Part shown: one piece after another, positions 47,545-56,065 of the stretch | Layout of the letters: each line of letters begins with the position of its first letter | How positions within the stretch are numbered: the stretch's first letter is position 1 | Origin: a virus | Virus record (IMG/VR): IMGVR_UViG_3300013286_000012 | Location: 12,546 to 76,545 of that record | Length of the DNA: 64,000 nt | Strand: one strand, 5' to 3' | The notes under the pieces: generated by a model | Told to the model about the DNA's origin: nothing | The model's database searches: none | The model's input: only the letters and a program-made list of their open reading frames with translations | Program-made: the position numbers and the translations under genes

Positions 47545-49628
47545 TATTTAGTTCCCATCGCTGCCATTGTTTTGTCTTTTGTTAAAATATCTTTTACTCT
47601 TTTAGCAAGGGCAACTGCTTCGGCATCAGAGGCTTTTGCGATAGTAAGATTAATGTTTACAACTTGTCCACCATTTGCATTTGAGGTTAATTGGTTTGCA
47701 TATGAGCCACTCTTATAAGTGGACCACGGCTGAAAATTAGTTCCGCCCTTAGATAAATCATATGCAATTTTTGCGTTAATGGTTGGGTCATACAAACTTT
47801 GGGGGCCTTTATACCCAATGCTTGCGTATTTCTTTAGGTATGCCGCATTGCGTTTAGTTCCCATATTAAGATTACTTGGGTCATTATTTTCTAAGTTAAT
47901 TTGAAAAAGACCGTAAGATTTATCTAAACCTTTGCCATTATAACTATTTGATTTTCCACCAGATTCGGCTCTAGCAATACCGTAAGCAGTAACCAAAGAT
48001 TGTCCTGTAAATCCAGCAGCAGCCAATGTTTGCACTAAGTTGGGGTCAGCATTGGCTGGCAAACTGAGGTTGCCTTGCCCAACACCACTTGCTTGGCTTC
48101 CAGAAGCCGCGGCCTGTGTTGCAGTTGATGTCATAGCCTTAATTGCTTTGGCACCTAAATAACCAAGAGCAGTTAGGCCAGCAGCGGTGAGGGCTGCGGG
48201 TATAGCGCCTACTCCACCTGTAGTAACTCCACCAATAATTCCAGCGGCTGCCGCACTTGTGAGTACAGTAGACAAAAATCCTTTATCTGTTGCTCCTGCA
48301 TAAGCGCCTCCAAGAACAGGAATTGCTTTTCCTAGAAAACCAAAACCAACTTTTGTTGCAACTTTTCCTGCTGTTTGAACTGCTCCTGATTCAGTTGCTG
48401 TCACTACTCCACCAGCCGCCGCAGTTGCGGCAGCCTTTGTAGCAGCGTTTGCTGCCATCTTTTTAAAGGCTGACCGAACCAAAATTCCAGTTCCAATAGT
48501 TCCAACAACTCCTGCTGCGGTAGCAACCACACCTGAAACAGCCTTTCCAGGATTAGATAAACTGAGGGCATCAAGCGCACCTTTAAGTTGAAAAAATTTA
48601 TCTGGCAATCCTTCTAGAGATGAGTTTAATGCAACTAATGCTGAAGTGGTTGTAGCGTATCCTTTTAGCATTGGGTCTGTAGCACGGTTTGCTAAAGACA
48701 TGTCTGAGGTTGTTTGTTTGTATAGAGTCGATGTATTAGGGTTATCAGCACCTGTTTGCGTAAGTAGGTTTCCGTTACCGCCAGTTGCAATTTTCTCCAG
48801 CATTGGTCTTAATATTGCTTGCTGTTGCCCATTTGTAGTGTCGTTTAAAAATCTATTTAAAGCACCTTCACGGTTAGAAAATTCAAATTGTGCGGCTGTA
48901 ATTTTTTTTCCGCGAAAAACTCTATTATAAATTTGTTGAGCAATTTCTTGCATAGGACGAACTTTGCCTGATTTAACATCCAAGGTACTAATTCCGTATT
49001 GATAGAGGCTTCCGCTCATCTCGCCCGTGTGCATACTACCAATTGCTTGAGCGGCAGTAGCGTTTGGAATAGCAAGACTAAGCGCAGCACCGCGAACTTC
49101 TTGCTGTGATTGGGCAAGGTTTTGCCCCATCATTCCAAAACTATTGGCAAGAATATTTGTTGCTGCTACATCTTCATTTGGTCCAGTAATTCCCCCACGC
49201 ATATTTGCCATGGTGGAGTTAGTAAGTTGTTGCCGAGATACTCCAGGAAGCATTGTGGTGGCTTGATAAAAACCAGTGGTACGAGGCATTACAGTTGAAA
49301 GACCAGGTAGCGCTGAGTACGCAGAACCCGCTAGACCCAATACCCCCTGCGCTGTGGCAACAGCGGCAGTGCCACCCTTGCTGTATGCCCACGGCATAAG
49401 ATTTGTACCGCCAGAACCCGCAGTACTAAATTGAGCATTAGATGAACCAAGGCCCATCCCCGTGCTTTGACCAGTGCTGGAAGAAAAAATTCCTTTGATG
49501 GATTGAGTGGTTTTTCCAGTAAGACCTAAAACACGTTTAAGGCCAGCCTCAAGAAGATTTACTTCTTTATTGATTGACTTTAATTCTTTGGTGGCTTGGG
49601 GGAGTTCACTAATAGGGTCTTTAGCCAA
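47544..49628 (-). CDS. tape measure protein with C-terminal lytic transglycosylase
   Basis: A/G-rich, TM-like segments, AESGG..SYGLFQIN; TTG start with AAAGGAG RBS. Confidence 0.85.
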   Translation of the reverse strand: MAKDPISELPQATKELKSINKEVNLLEAGLKRVLGLTGKTTQSIKGIFSSSTGQSTGMGLGSSNAQFSTAGSGGTNLMPWAYSKGGTAAVATAQGVLGLAGSAYSALPGLSTVMPRTTGFYQATTMLPGVSRQQLTNSTMANMRGGITGPNEDVAATNILANSFGMMGQNLAQSQQEVRGAALSLAIPNATAAQAIGSMHTGEMSGSLYQYGISTLDVKSGKVRPMQEIAQQIYNRVFRGKKITAAQFEFSNREGALNRFLNDTTNGQQQAILRPMLEKIATGGNGNLLTQTGADNPNTSTLYKQTTSDMSLANRATDPMLKGYATTTSALVALNSSLEGLPDKFFQLKGALDALSLSNPGKAVSGVVATAAGVVGTIGTGILVRSAFKKMAANAATKAAATAAAGGVVTATESGAVQTAGKVATKVGFGFLGKAIPVLGGAYAGATDKGFLSTVLTSAAAAGIIGGVTTGGVGAIPAALTAAGLTALGYLGAKAIKAMTSTATQAAASGSQASGVGQGNLSLPANADPNLVQTLAAAGFTGQSLVTAYGIARAESGGKSNSYNGKGLDKSYGLFQINLENNDPSNLNMGTKRNAAYLKKYASIGYKGPQSLYDPTINAKIAYDLSKGGTNFQPWSTYKSGSYANQLTSNANGGQVVNINLTIAKASDAEAVALAKRVKDILTKDKTMAAMGTK

Positions 49629-49782
49629 TTGTGTAACTCCTTTCCTGTCGCATCTTGGCTACTTCTAGCCAATTCTTTCGGTCTCTTTTAGACAACTGCT
49701 TGATGTCCTCTAAAGTCCATCCGTTATAGATATCTGATAGTGCAAACCATTCAGAAAATAGTTCTGCATATCCTGTTATGTT
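49621..49782 (-). CDS. start-less ORF, probable frameshifted extension of the tail assembly chaperone
   Basis: +1 frame reads ...NITGYAELFSEWFALSDIYNGWTLEDIKQLSKRDRKNWLEVAKMRQERSYTIG*. Confidence 0.65.
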   Translation of the reverse strand, partial: NITGYAELFSEWFALSDIYNGWTLEDIKQLSKRDRKNWLEVAKMRQERSYTIG

Positions 49783-50593
49783 AGAACTGAAATAAGGTGC
49801 CTAAATTAATAGGAACCAATACCTCGCCTTCACAGTCAGGACATGTAACAGTGACATCAGCAAACTGAGGTCCTGGTGCTCTATCGTTAATCTCGTCAAT
49901 AATTTTTCGGCGGTCTGTAACGCTTAATGCTTGAACCTGCATTGGGCTATACACAGGGGCATCGCCAATCTTAATAACAGTTCCTTCAAGGATAATTGTG
50001 CTGAGTTCAGCAGGTGTCTTATCCATGTTTTCAATCATTTTCTTTTGCACAATTCCGTTAGGAAGTTTGACGGTAAATTCTTTGTTTTTTCCAGCAACCG
50101 TAAAGATGCGGTCACTTATTGAATCAGTCAAAATTTTAACTTTAATATCAGATTTAACATTGATACTTACTGTTTTATTTTCATTGCAGCCTTGACAATA
50201 AGAAAGGACATCTACATCGGGGCCAAATGTTGCTTTAAGAATACCCAAAAGCAACTGGTCTCTATCTCCTACCAGCAACTGGTCAAGCATCTGTTCTGTA
50301 GCAAGTTCGCTACCAATCTTGACTGTGCCACGTTGAAGGATGACAAGAAGAGCCTTACCCAAAGTTGATGCTCGTGAGATTGCTTCTTCGTCTTTACCGT
50401 TAAGTTCCTTTACTTCTGCAGTACTGAGAACCTCCCCAGTGGCTGTGATATAGCCACCAGGAAGGTCAACAGTTACGTCCGAAGGTAAAACAATTTCAGG
50501 CATATTTTCCTGAGAAGGCATTTCGTTTAGCGCTTTGTTTAATATATCGTTTGCCAATGCGGGATTAGCCGCTGCATTAATTGTGTTCGTCAT
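49781..50593 (-). CDS. tail/baseplate assembly chaperone (T4 gp26-like)
   Basis: LPGG, EL.G.DEE, GDRD.LL, CxxC pairs; between tube and tape measure. Confidence 0.75.
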   Translation of the reverse strand: MTNTINAAANPALANDILNKALNEMPSQENMPEIVLPSDVTVDLPGGYITATGEVLSTAEVKELNGKDEEAISRASTLGKALLVILQRGTVKIGSELATEQMLDQLLVGDRDQLLLGILKATFGPDVDVLSYCQGCNENKTVSINVKSDIKVKILTDSISDRIFTVAGKNKEFTVKLPNGIVQKKMIENMDKTPAELSTIILEGTVIKIGDAPVYSPMQVQALSVTDRRKIIDEINDRAPGPQFADVTVTCPDCEGEVLVPINLGTLFQF

Positions 50594-50607
50594 ATTATTC
50601 CTTTAGT

Positions 50608-51237
50608 TTAGGCTGGGAATGCTGCTGCGTTGTCGGTTAAGTTTGCTGCCCAGTTAACATCGAATCCTTCATGGACAAGAGTCATCTGTTCAACAAAGAG
50701 TGCGTTGTCACCAGCGTTGAGGTCTGAGTACGCTACAGCAGTAGGCCAGCAGTTATACACATTAAAGCGCATCGCTACATGGTCTGTCTTTGCAGGCGAG
50801 TTTTCAGCAGTTTCTCCTGCTGATGGGATTGGGTGAGAGAGAACGGCAATCTCAAGGTCACAACGGAAGTTTTCCGTACGACCACGAGTTGAGCCTCCGC
50901 CTTGAACAGTTGCAAAAAGATTACGCATCCACTCATAGTTTTGGTTGCTGCCCAAGATAACTCCACGCTGCAATGTAATTGGAGCAAATGTTGTTTGTCC
51001 TGGAATTTGATGAACTGTTGTGTTATATCCGCCTTCACGGTAAGGAATAGAGTCTGTTGTTACAGCCATTCCTGACACAGAAGTAAAACCAAAAGTTGTA
51101 GAATTTTCTAGCATTTTGGTTGCAGCACTTGGGGTAGCGCCTGTTGCGCTTGTAAGAGATTTAAACGTAACCAAAAATCTAAAGTTACGTAACGGGTCGG
51201 TAATTAATGATGACCGATTATTAATAATTGTAGGCAT
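50608..51237 (-). CDS. tail tube protein (T4 gp19-like)
   Basis: DPLRNFRF, GF..VSG, YREGG, PG.T....ITL.RG, WP....DL.A, E...L.HEG. Confidence 0.93.
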   Translation of the reverse strand: MPTIINNRSSLITDPLRNFRFLVTFKSLTSATGATPSAATKMLENSTTFGFTSVSGMAVTTDSIPYREGGYNTTVHQIPGQTTFAPITLQRGVILGSNQNYEWMRNLFATVQGGGSTRGRTENFRCDLEIAVLSHPIPSAGETAENSPAKTDHVAMRFNVYNCWPTAVAYSDLNAGDNALFVEQMTLVHEGFDVNWAANLTDNAAAFPA

Positions 51238-51257
51238 CTAGTGATTTCTCCTTTGGA

Positions 51258-52769
51258 TTAATTCAGCGTCTTTTGGCTGAGGTCGATGACGATGAACTCT
51301 GCTGGGTATTGAAGCGCCACACCAACTTGAATGTGAACCTCTCCATTGGCAATTGTTTGTGCTGTGTTGTTTTCATTATCACATTTAACAAAGTAAGCCT
51401 GAGTAGCGGTTGCTCCACGGAGACCGCCTTGGTTACGGTACTCATTGAGAAATGAGCCTAGGCTAGTGCGAATAAGAGACCAAAGATGCTCATCATTGTT
51501 TTCAAAGATTGCAAACTCTGAAAGATTCTTAAGGTTCTTACGAATAAAGATAAGCGAACGGCGCATATTTACATACTTATTTGCTGTGCCGTCTTGCTTA
51601 AGGGTACGAGCACCCATCACTGCAAGACCAGCGCCAGGTATCTGACGAATTGGATTTACAGGAGATGTGCTTGCATTCATGGTGTCCAGTTCAGTTGATG
51701 TAAATGTTTTCTCTACAGCAACAACTCCTTGAACGGTAGTTGCAATACCTGCTGGAGCCTTAAAGACTCCACGGTTAGCATCTGTTGAAAGGTAAAGACC
51801 TACAACTGCACCAGCAGGCTCAACTTTACGCAAGGCCCCTGTTCCACGTCCTAGTGGGTCTGCAACATAAATGTTTGGATAATAAACAGCAGCATTGCTG
51901 GTGCTTCTTAAACTTCCTGCAAATGAAACAGCGTTTGCTACAGTTAGGTCTGGGTCAGTTCCAAGGACAATAAAGCCATTGTTATCTTCTGCCCAAGATG
52001 TTGCTGCATCAAATACAGCATTTGGAGTTGTTACTAATGCGTTTGCATCTGGCAAAAATACTACAAGCGGACGGTCTAATGGAGTAAAACGATTAAAGAC
52101 CGAAGAACCGCTGGCCTTGTAATTGGTGTAATCAGTAGACGCTGTTGCTGTGCCGTTTGCTCCACTGGTGAGTGGGTAAGTTGCACTGGTAATGTTTTGA
52201 CCAGCATATCCAGCAATAACAGCAACAGAAATATTTGGTGAAACAGTATTGATTACAGTTGGACCAAAATCACTTGATGTTGCATCATCAAATATAACAT
52301 TCTCATAACGTTCTAAAAGGATATCGTCAGTAATGTTATTTGCAATTCCTGATTCTTTAAAGAGAGTTAATGTGTATGTGCTTGCAACAGACCCTGCAGT
52401 AACTACTACGCGGAGGTTGTTTCCATCTGTTCCAGCATTTTTAGATGTAACAGTTACTCGTGCTGTACTACCTGAATCTACTAAAGAAATAGATGCAGCA
52501 ACAGCATTTGCGGCCAATAAGCGTTGGACATAAAGTTCACGTCCGCCATTAGCAAAGAATGCTCCAACTTGGAAAGTTGCTGGATAGGAGGCGTTATAAC
52601 CTCCAAAGTACTTGGTAAATTCATACCAAGAATTAACAAGCGTGACTATCTCTGGTCCCTGTGCAAAAGGTGCAACCACAGCGCCAGCAGCATTTGCAGT
52701 AACTCCGTTTGGAACTACTGGTGGTAGAAGGCGTTCAGTAATGTAAACACCTGGGCGGCTATATGCCAT
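51258..52769 (-). CDS. tail sheath protein
   Basis: PGVYITE, YYP, RGVFKAPAG, GARTL, Y.N.RR, FE.ND, P.EFI. Confidence 0.96.
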   Translation of the reverse strand: MAYSRPGVYITERLLPPVVPNGVTANAAGAVVAPFAQGPEIVTLVNSWYEFTKYFGGYNASYPATFQVGAFFANGGRELYVQRLLAANAVAASISLVDSGSTARVTVTSKNAGTDGNNLRVVVTAGSVASTYTLTLFKESGIANNITDDILLERYENVIFDDATSSDFGPTVINTVSPNISVAVIAGYAGQNITSATYPLTSGANGTATASTDYTNYKASGSSVFNRFTPLDRPLVVFLPDANALVTTPNAVFDAATSWAEDNNGFIVLGTDPDLTVANAVSFAGSLRSTSNAAVYYPNIYVADPLGRGTGALRKVEPAGAVVGLYLSTDANRGVFKAPAGIATTVQGVVAVEKTFTSTELDTMNASTSPVNPIRQIPGAGLAVMGARTLKQDGTANKYVNMRRSLIFIRKNLKNLSEFAIFENNDEHLWSLIRTSLGSFLNEYRNQGGLRGATATQAYFVKCDNENNTAQTIANGEVHIQVGVALQYPAEFIVIDLSQKTLN

Positions 52770-52800
52770 TTCTTCTCCTAACTAGTTGGGTAATGGTTCC

Positions 52801-53463
52801 TTATGGTTTTGGTATAGTAATCGGAGCGATGGCATTAAACTGATTTCTTCCAAGTTTTTGGGAACCAGTTGTGCCTGTAACGCGGATATTTAGCGCCTTA
52901 TAGAGTTGGTTGTATGTTGCTGGTGCAATCTCGGATGAGATGCGAACCGTAATTGCGTTTACAAATAAACGCTTTCCTTGTTCAGTAACATCTCTTTTAG
53001 AGATATCTAGAACATCCAATCGACGTACTGTGCCATCAGTAGGCTGTAGCACAGCAAATCGAAGTGGAATTTTTGTGTATAGCAACTGAGCCAGTAGTTC
53101 ACGGTCGTGGCGTGGTTGTCTAGAGTACGTAGTTATTTGATAGTCAATGCGAATTGGAATAGGATAACTAATATCCCAATTATGTAATTCTGGATTATAC
53201 GCAATTGCTTGTGTCATTTGCGCTGGGTTATCAAGATACATTGGCTTTACACGACCACGCATGGCACGGCTAGTATCTTCTCCAACATCAATCATATCAA
53301 TAGTGATGTACGGATATTTTTGGTCAGTAAGTTCTTGGTCAGGTTGACCAAACCACACCCCTACTTTTCGAGGCGTTCCATTGCCCGTGGCTTTTTGGTC
53401 TGTAACAACCATGTCCTTAAGAAGATTACGTAATGCTTCATCTTCTGCTAGTAAAAATGTCAT
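52801..53463 (-). CDS. tail terminator/sheath stabiliser-like protein
   Basis: YP.ITI, P....YQI; directly upstream of sheath. Confidence 0.65.
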   Translation of the reverse strand: MTFLLAEDEALRNLLKDMVVTDQKATGNGTPRKVGVWFGQPDQELTDQKYPYITIDMIDVGEDTSRAMRGRVKPMYLDNPAQMTQAIAYNPELHNWDISYPIPIRIDYQITTYSRQPRHDRELLAQLLYTKIPLRFAVLQPTDGTVRRLDVLDISKRDVTEQGKRLFVNAITVRISSEIAPATYNQLYKALNIRVTGTTGSQKLGRNQFNAIAPITIPKP

Positions 53464-53780
53464 TTGTGCCCCCTCAAATATTTAGACGTTTGAGACAATA
53501 AAAACTTCTCTGATGTTGCTGTGCGGTTTCCAAAACGACGGATTGCAGCAGTTGGGCGTTGAGACGTGCTCCCGTATTCAAGGTCCATAACTCTATTACG
53601 GTGGTCTTCATGGGAGTGGACTGTAAAAGCGCCATCATTATGGCGTACAGACAGGTGGCGGACAACGTCATCAGGCCAGCCAGATTTACGAGCCTCAATA
53701 CGAAGATGGGCTGACATAAAGCGAGCAGTGTCTTTAGTGGCTTTAGCCAATGAGTCCTTTACTTGTAAAAGATAACTCAC
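53460..53780 (-). CDS. neck/tail completion protein (HK97 gp10-like)
   Basis: LEYG....P...IR.F motif. Confidence 0.55.
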   Translation of the reverse strand: MSYLLQVKDSLAKATKDTARFMSAHLRIEARKSGWPDDVVRHLSVRHNDGAFTVHSHEDHRNRVMDLEYGSTSQRPTAAIRRFGNRTATSEKFLLSQTSKYLRGHK

Positions 53781-53971
53781 TTCTTTTTCTTCGCCTTCGA
53801 CACAGTTCTTACTCCTCCTGCAATATAAGCAGCAGTAGAGGCTAAGATTAAACCTGCGACGATTGGGCGTTTTTCGGTAGGGCGGAATCCAAACACGCCC
53901 TTAATAAATTCTTCACGCTCGTGCTGATTGTTCATTTCAGCAACCTGTTCGTACCATGGCTTCCAGGCCAT
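53777..53971 (-). CDS. small membrane-anchored protein
   Basis: AGGGG RBS; hydrophobic helix then KKKK. Confidence 0.55.
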   Translation of the reverse strand: MAWKPWYEQVAEMNNQHEREEFIKGVFGFRPTEKRPIVAGLILASTAAYIAGGVRTVSKAKKKK

Positions 53972-54051
53972 AAGTAATCCCCTTTTCATCGCAAGCAGTG
54001 GGTCTGCACGAGGTACGCATGCACTCTCGATACCGCAATGATAAAGAAGAA

Positions 54052-54069
54052 AGGGCCCTTTCGGGCCCT
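54052..54069 (-). terminator. terminator closing the basic-peptide operon
   Basis: AGGGCCC-4 nt loop-GGGCCCT followed by T-rich tract on - strand. Confidence 0.75.
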
Positions 54070-54075
54070 AACTAC

Positions 54076-54294
54076 TTACTTCTTTTTAATCTTTTTGGCT
54101 AACGCCTTATCCATCTTCTCGTCCATTGCACGAGATGGCTTCTTTTTATCCATGGCCTTATCAGCCTTGGCAAACTTCTTCTTCTGCGCTGAGTCCATGC
54201 CCTTCATAACCTTAGCATCTTGCTTCTTATCTGCTTTCTTGCAAGCGCCATTACATCCTGGCTTTGAACAACCACATCCACATGATTTACACAT
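54076..54294 (-). CDS. Cys-head/Lys-tail peptide (MCKSCGCGC..., 72 aa)
   Basis: ORF track; TAATG coupling. Confidence 0.75.
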   Translation of the reverse strand: MCKSCGCGCSKPGCNGACKKADKKQDAKVMKGMDSAQKKKFAKADKAMDKKKPSRAMDEKMDKALAKKIKKK

Positions 54295-54437
54295 TACATT
54301 CCCTTCTTTCTATTCATCATAGATTTCTTTGATATTGCAATTGCTGCTTGCTGTGCTTTCTTAGCAGGTGCTTTTTTAGCAGGTGCCTTCTTCATTGCCT
54401 TCTTCATATTGCCCATGCAACCACAGGTAGCGCACAT
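54294..54437 (-). CDS. Cys-head/Lys-tail peptide (MCATCGCMG...KKAPAKKAPAKK, 47 aa), not in ORF track
   Basis: translated by hand; TAATG coupling at both ends; histone H1-like PAKK repeats. Confidence 0.75.
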   Translation of the reverse strand: MCATCGCMGNMKKAMKKAPAKKAPAKKAQQAAIAISKKSMMNRKKGM

Positions 54438-54604
54438 TACTTTTTCTTCTTTCTTAGGGCTGCAAAATCAGCCGCATCAATCTTGCTCTTATCTCCAGCA
54501 ACGGCAGCAATCTTCTTCTGCTTTGGAGATAACGTCTTAGCGCCCTTCTTGCAAGCGCCTTTACAATTTGGCTTTGAACAACCACACCCACATGACTTAC
54601 ACAT
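54437..54604 (-). CDS. Cys-head/Lys-tail peptide (MCKSCGCGCSKPNC..., 55 aa), not in ORF track
   Basis: translated by hand; TAGATG junction. Confidence 0.75.
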   Translation of the reverse strand: MCKSCGCGCSKPNCKGACKKGAKTLSPKQKKIAAVAGDKSKIDAADFAALRKKKK

Positions 54605-54727
54605 CTACTTGCTCTCTTTCTTCTTAGTTGGCTTTTTCTTGGTTTTAGCAAATTTTTTATTTGCCGCAGCAAGAGTCTTCATTCCGTGCTTATCTTTAGG
54701 CTTTCCGCATCCGCAGGTAGCGCACAT
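54605..54727 (-). CDS. Cys-head/Lys-tail peptide (MCATCGCGKPKDKHG..., 40 aa), not in ORF track
   Basis: AGGAG RBS; translated by hand. Confidence 0.75.
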   Translation of the reverse strand: MCATCGCGKPKDKHGMKTLAAANKKFAKTKKKPTKKKESK

Positions 54728-54736
54728 GTCCTTCTC

Positions 54737-54973
54737 CTATCGGTAGTTAGCGGTTTTTTTTGCAATCTTTTTAGGTTGCTCAACAAACTGCTTACCTTTT
54801 TTATTACCCTTAGCCTTAGCCTTGTTGGTCGCAGCCTTTTCTGAAGGAGATAAAGCATCCCATGCTTTGTCAGGTAAGTAACGCTTTTTTCCTTTTGATT
54901 CTTTGCCATCGGAAGTGCGCCATTTTTCATCGCCCCAATTTTTTAAAGATTGCTGTGGTTTTGCAAGAGCCAT
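54737..54973 (-). CDS. basic small protein (DUF5872-like C-terminal half)
   Basis: QQSLK.W..EKWRT, RYLP.KAW..LS..EK.ATN. Confidence 0.7.
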   Translation of the reverse strand: MALAKPQQSLKNWGDEKWRTSDGKESKGKKRYLPDKAWDALSPSEKAATNKAKAKGNKKGKQFVEQPKKIAKKTANYR

Positions 54974-55173
54974 TAGTTCTTGTATCCTCCGCCTGATTTC
55001 TTATATTCAGAAGCAAGAAGTTGGGCTTTGCGTGCTGACCATTCTCCAGGGTCTCCACCTTTAGACCCCGCCTTAATCTTTTTAAATAAGGACGCCCTCA
55101 TTCCAGGCTTGGTGTAATTACCAGCCTCATTAACCTTTGACTTTGGCTTTGGCTTTGCTGACTTTTTTTCCAC
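54973..55173 (-). CDS. basic small protein (DUF5872-like N-terminal half)
   Basis: YTKP, KGG.PG.WSARKAQ....EY...GGGY. Confidence 0.7.
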   Translation of the reverse strand: MEKKSAKPKPKSKVNEAGNYTKPGMRASLFKKIKAGSKGGDPGEWSARKAQLLASEYKKSGGGYKN

Positions 55174-55279
55174 TTGTTACTCCTTTACCTGCTGGTACAC
55201 AATTAGGAACTTTCTTTCCATTCTTCATCTTCATGCCTTTTTGTACATATCCATCCCAACACGGTCCTTGCGATGCCAT
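55130..55279 (-). CDS. basic peptide with CW.GY...VPNCV motif (49 aa), not in ORF track
   Basis: TAATG coupling; MASQGPCWDGYVQKGMKMKNGKKVPNCVP... Confidence 0.7.
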   Translation of the reverse strand: MASQGPCWDGYVQKGMKMKNGKKVPNCVPAGKGVTSGKKVSKAKAKVKG

Positions 55280-55584
55280 TACTTTTTTCTCTGATTCTTC
55301 TTGTGCATTGCTGCTGCCTTCTTCTTAGCATCGGCCTTTGATGTTGCACCCCATGCCTGAAGAGATAATAATAATCTTGTTGGTTCGCCGTTGGGCTTAT
55401 GTTCTGGTCCTGGATTTCCGCCCATACGAGCAAGGAAAGATGCACGACGAGGATTGTTACCAGACTTAACTGGTGGCTTTAAATTAGAACCAGGGTTAGC
55501 CTTTTCATAAGACTTGCGACCTGCTTCATTAAGTCCACCCTTGGGATTCTTACCAGATTTCTTTTGCCATGCTTCACTAGCCAT
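55279..55584 (-). CDS. basic small protein (DUF6321-like)
   Basis: AWQ.K.GKNP.GGLN..GR, RR.SF.ARM.G. Confidence 0.7.
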   Translation of the reverse strand: MASEAWQKKSGKNPKGGLNEAGRKSYEKANPGSNLKPPVKSGNNPRRASFLARMGGNPGPEHKPNGEPTRLLLSLQAWGATSKADAKKKAAAMHKKNQRKK

Positions 55585-55765
55585 TTTTCTTATGCCAATC
55601 TTTTGTGGCCTTTACTCCTTGAGCAATAGTCTTAGAGCCAGCCTTCTTGGTTAAATTAATTTTGTCGTACTTGCCCTTGTTGCCAGCGTGGTCGACAATG
55701 ACGTCGCCACTCTTGTTCTTTTTGATGGTGTGCTTTTCACCAGCAACCTTGATTGTTTTAGCCAT
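55577..55765 (-). CDS. basic small protein
   Basis: Lys-rich, overlapping start/stop. Confidence 0.65.
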   Translation of the reverse strand: MAKTIKVAGEKHTIKKNKSGDVIVDHAGNKGKYDKINLTKKAGSKTIAQGVKATKDWHKKNG

Positions 55766-55946
55766 TCTTTTTTTTCTTCTTTGCCATGCCGCTCTCGCTC
55801 ATAGCAATTGCAACTGCTTGTTTTTTTGATTTAACAATTGGGCCTTTACCAGGACCAGGTCTTCCTGAGTGCAACTTACCCGCTTTGTATTCTTTCATAA
55901 CAATTTCAACTTTGCCTTTAGAAACTTTCTTCGGAGTTGTAGCCAT
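55758..55946 (-). CDS. basic small protein (DUF6496-like)
   Basis: VM.E.K.G.LHSG...V.S.KQA.AIAMSE. Confidence 0.7.
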   Translation of the reverse strand: MATTPKKVSKGKVEIVMKEYKAGKLHSGRPGPGKGPIVKSKKQAVAIAMSESGMAKKKKKNG

Positions 55947-56056
55947 TACTCGCCTTCTTCCTCTTCATCCTCAAAATCATCAAGGTCTTCCAAGTCTACA
56001 CTGTCAAAATCTTCTTCAAATAGTGAAGGGTCAATTTCTAATTCAAAGTCTTCCAC
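55946..56056 (-). CDS. ultra-acidic peptide (36 aa, 21 D/E, no K/R), not in ORF track
   Basis: AGGAG RBS + GTG; MEDFELEIDPSLFEEDFDSVDLEDLDDFEDEEEEGE; TAATG-coupled to next gene. Confidence 0.75.
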   Translation of the reverse strand: MEDFELEIDPSLFEEDFDSVDLEDLDDFEDEEEEGE

Positions 56057-56065
56057 AATAATCTC

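Noticed and set aside
39214-53463. Bacterial extracellular contractile injection system or tailocin
   Set aside because: The genes resemble eCIS parts but are embedded with phage replication, recombination and early genes, so this is a myovirus tail module.
54348-54930. Track ORFs 54348-54746(+), 54454-54672(-), 54679-54930(-)
   Set aside because: Alternative frames of the coupled MCxxCGC/basic peptide genes, which have RBS and stop-start coupling.
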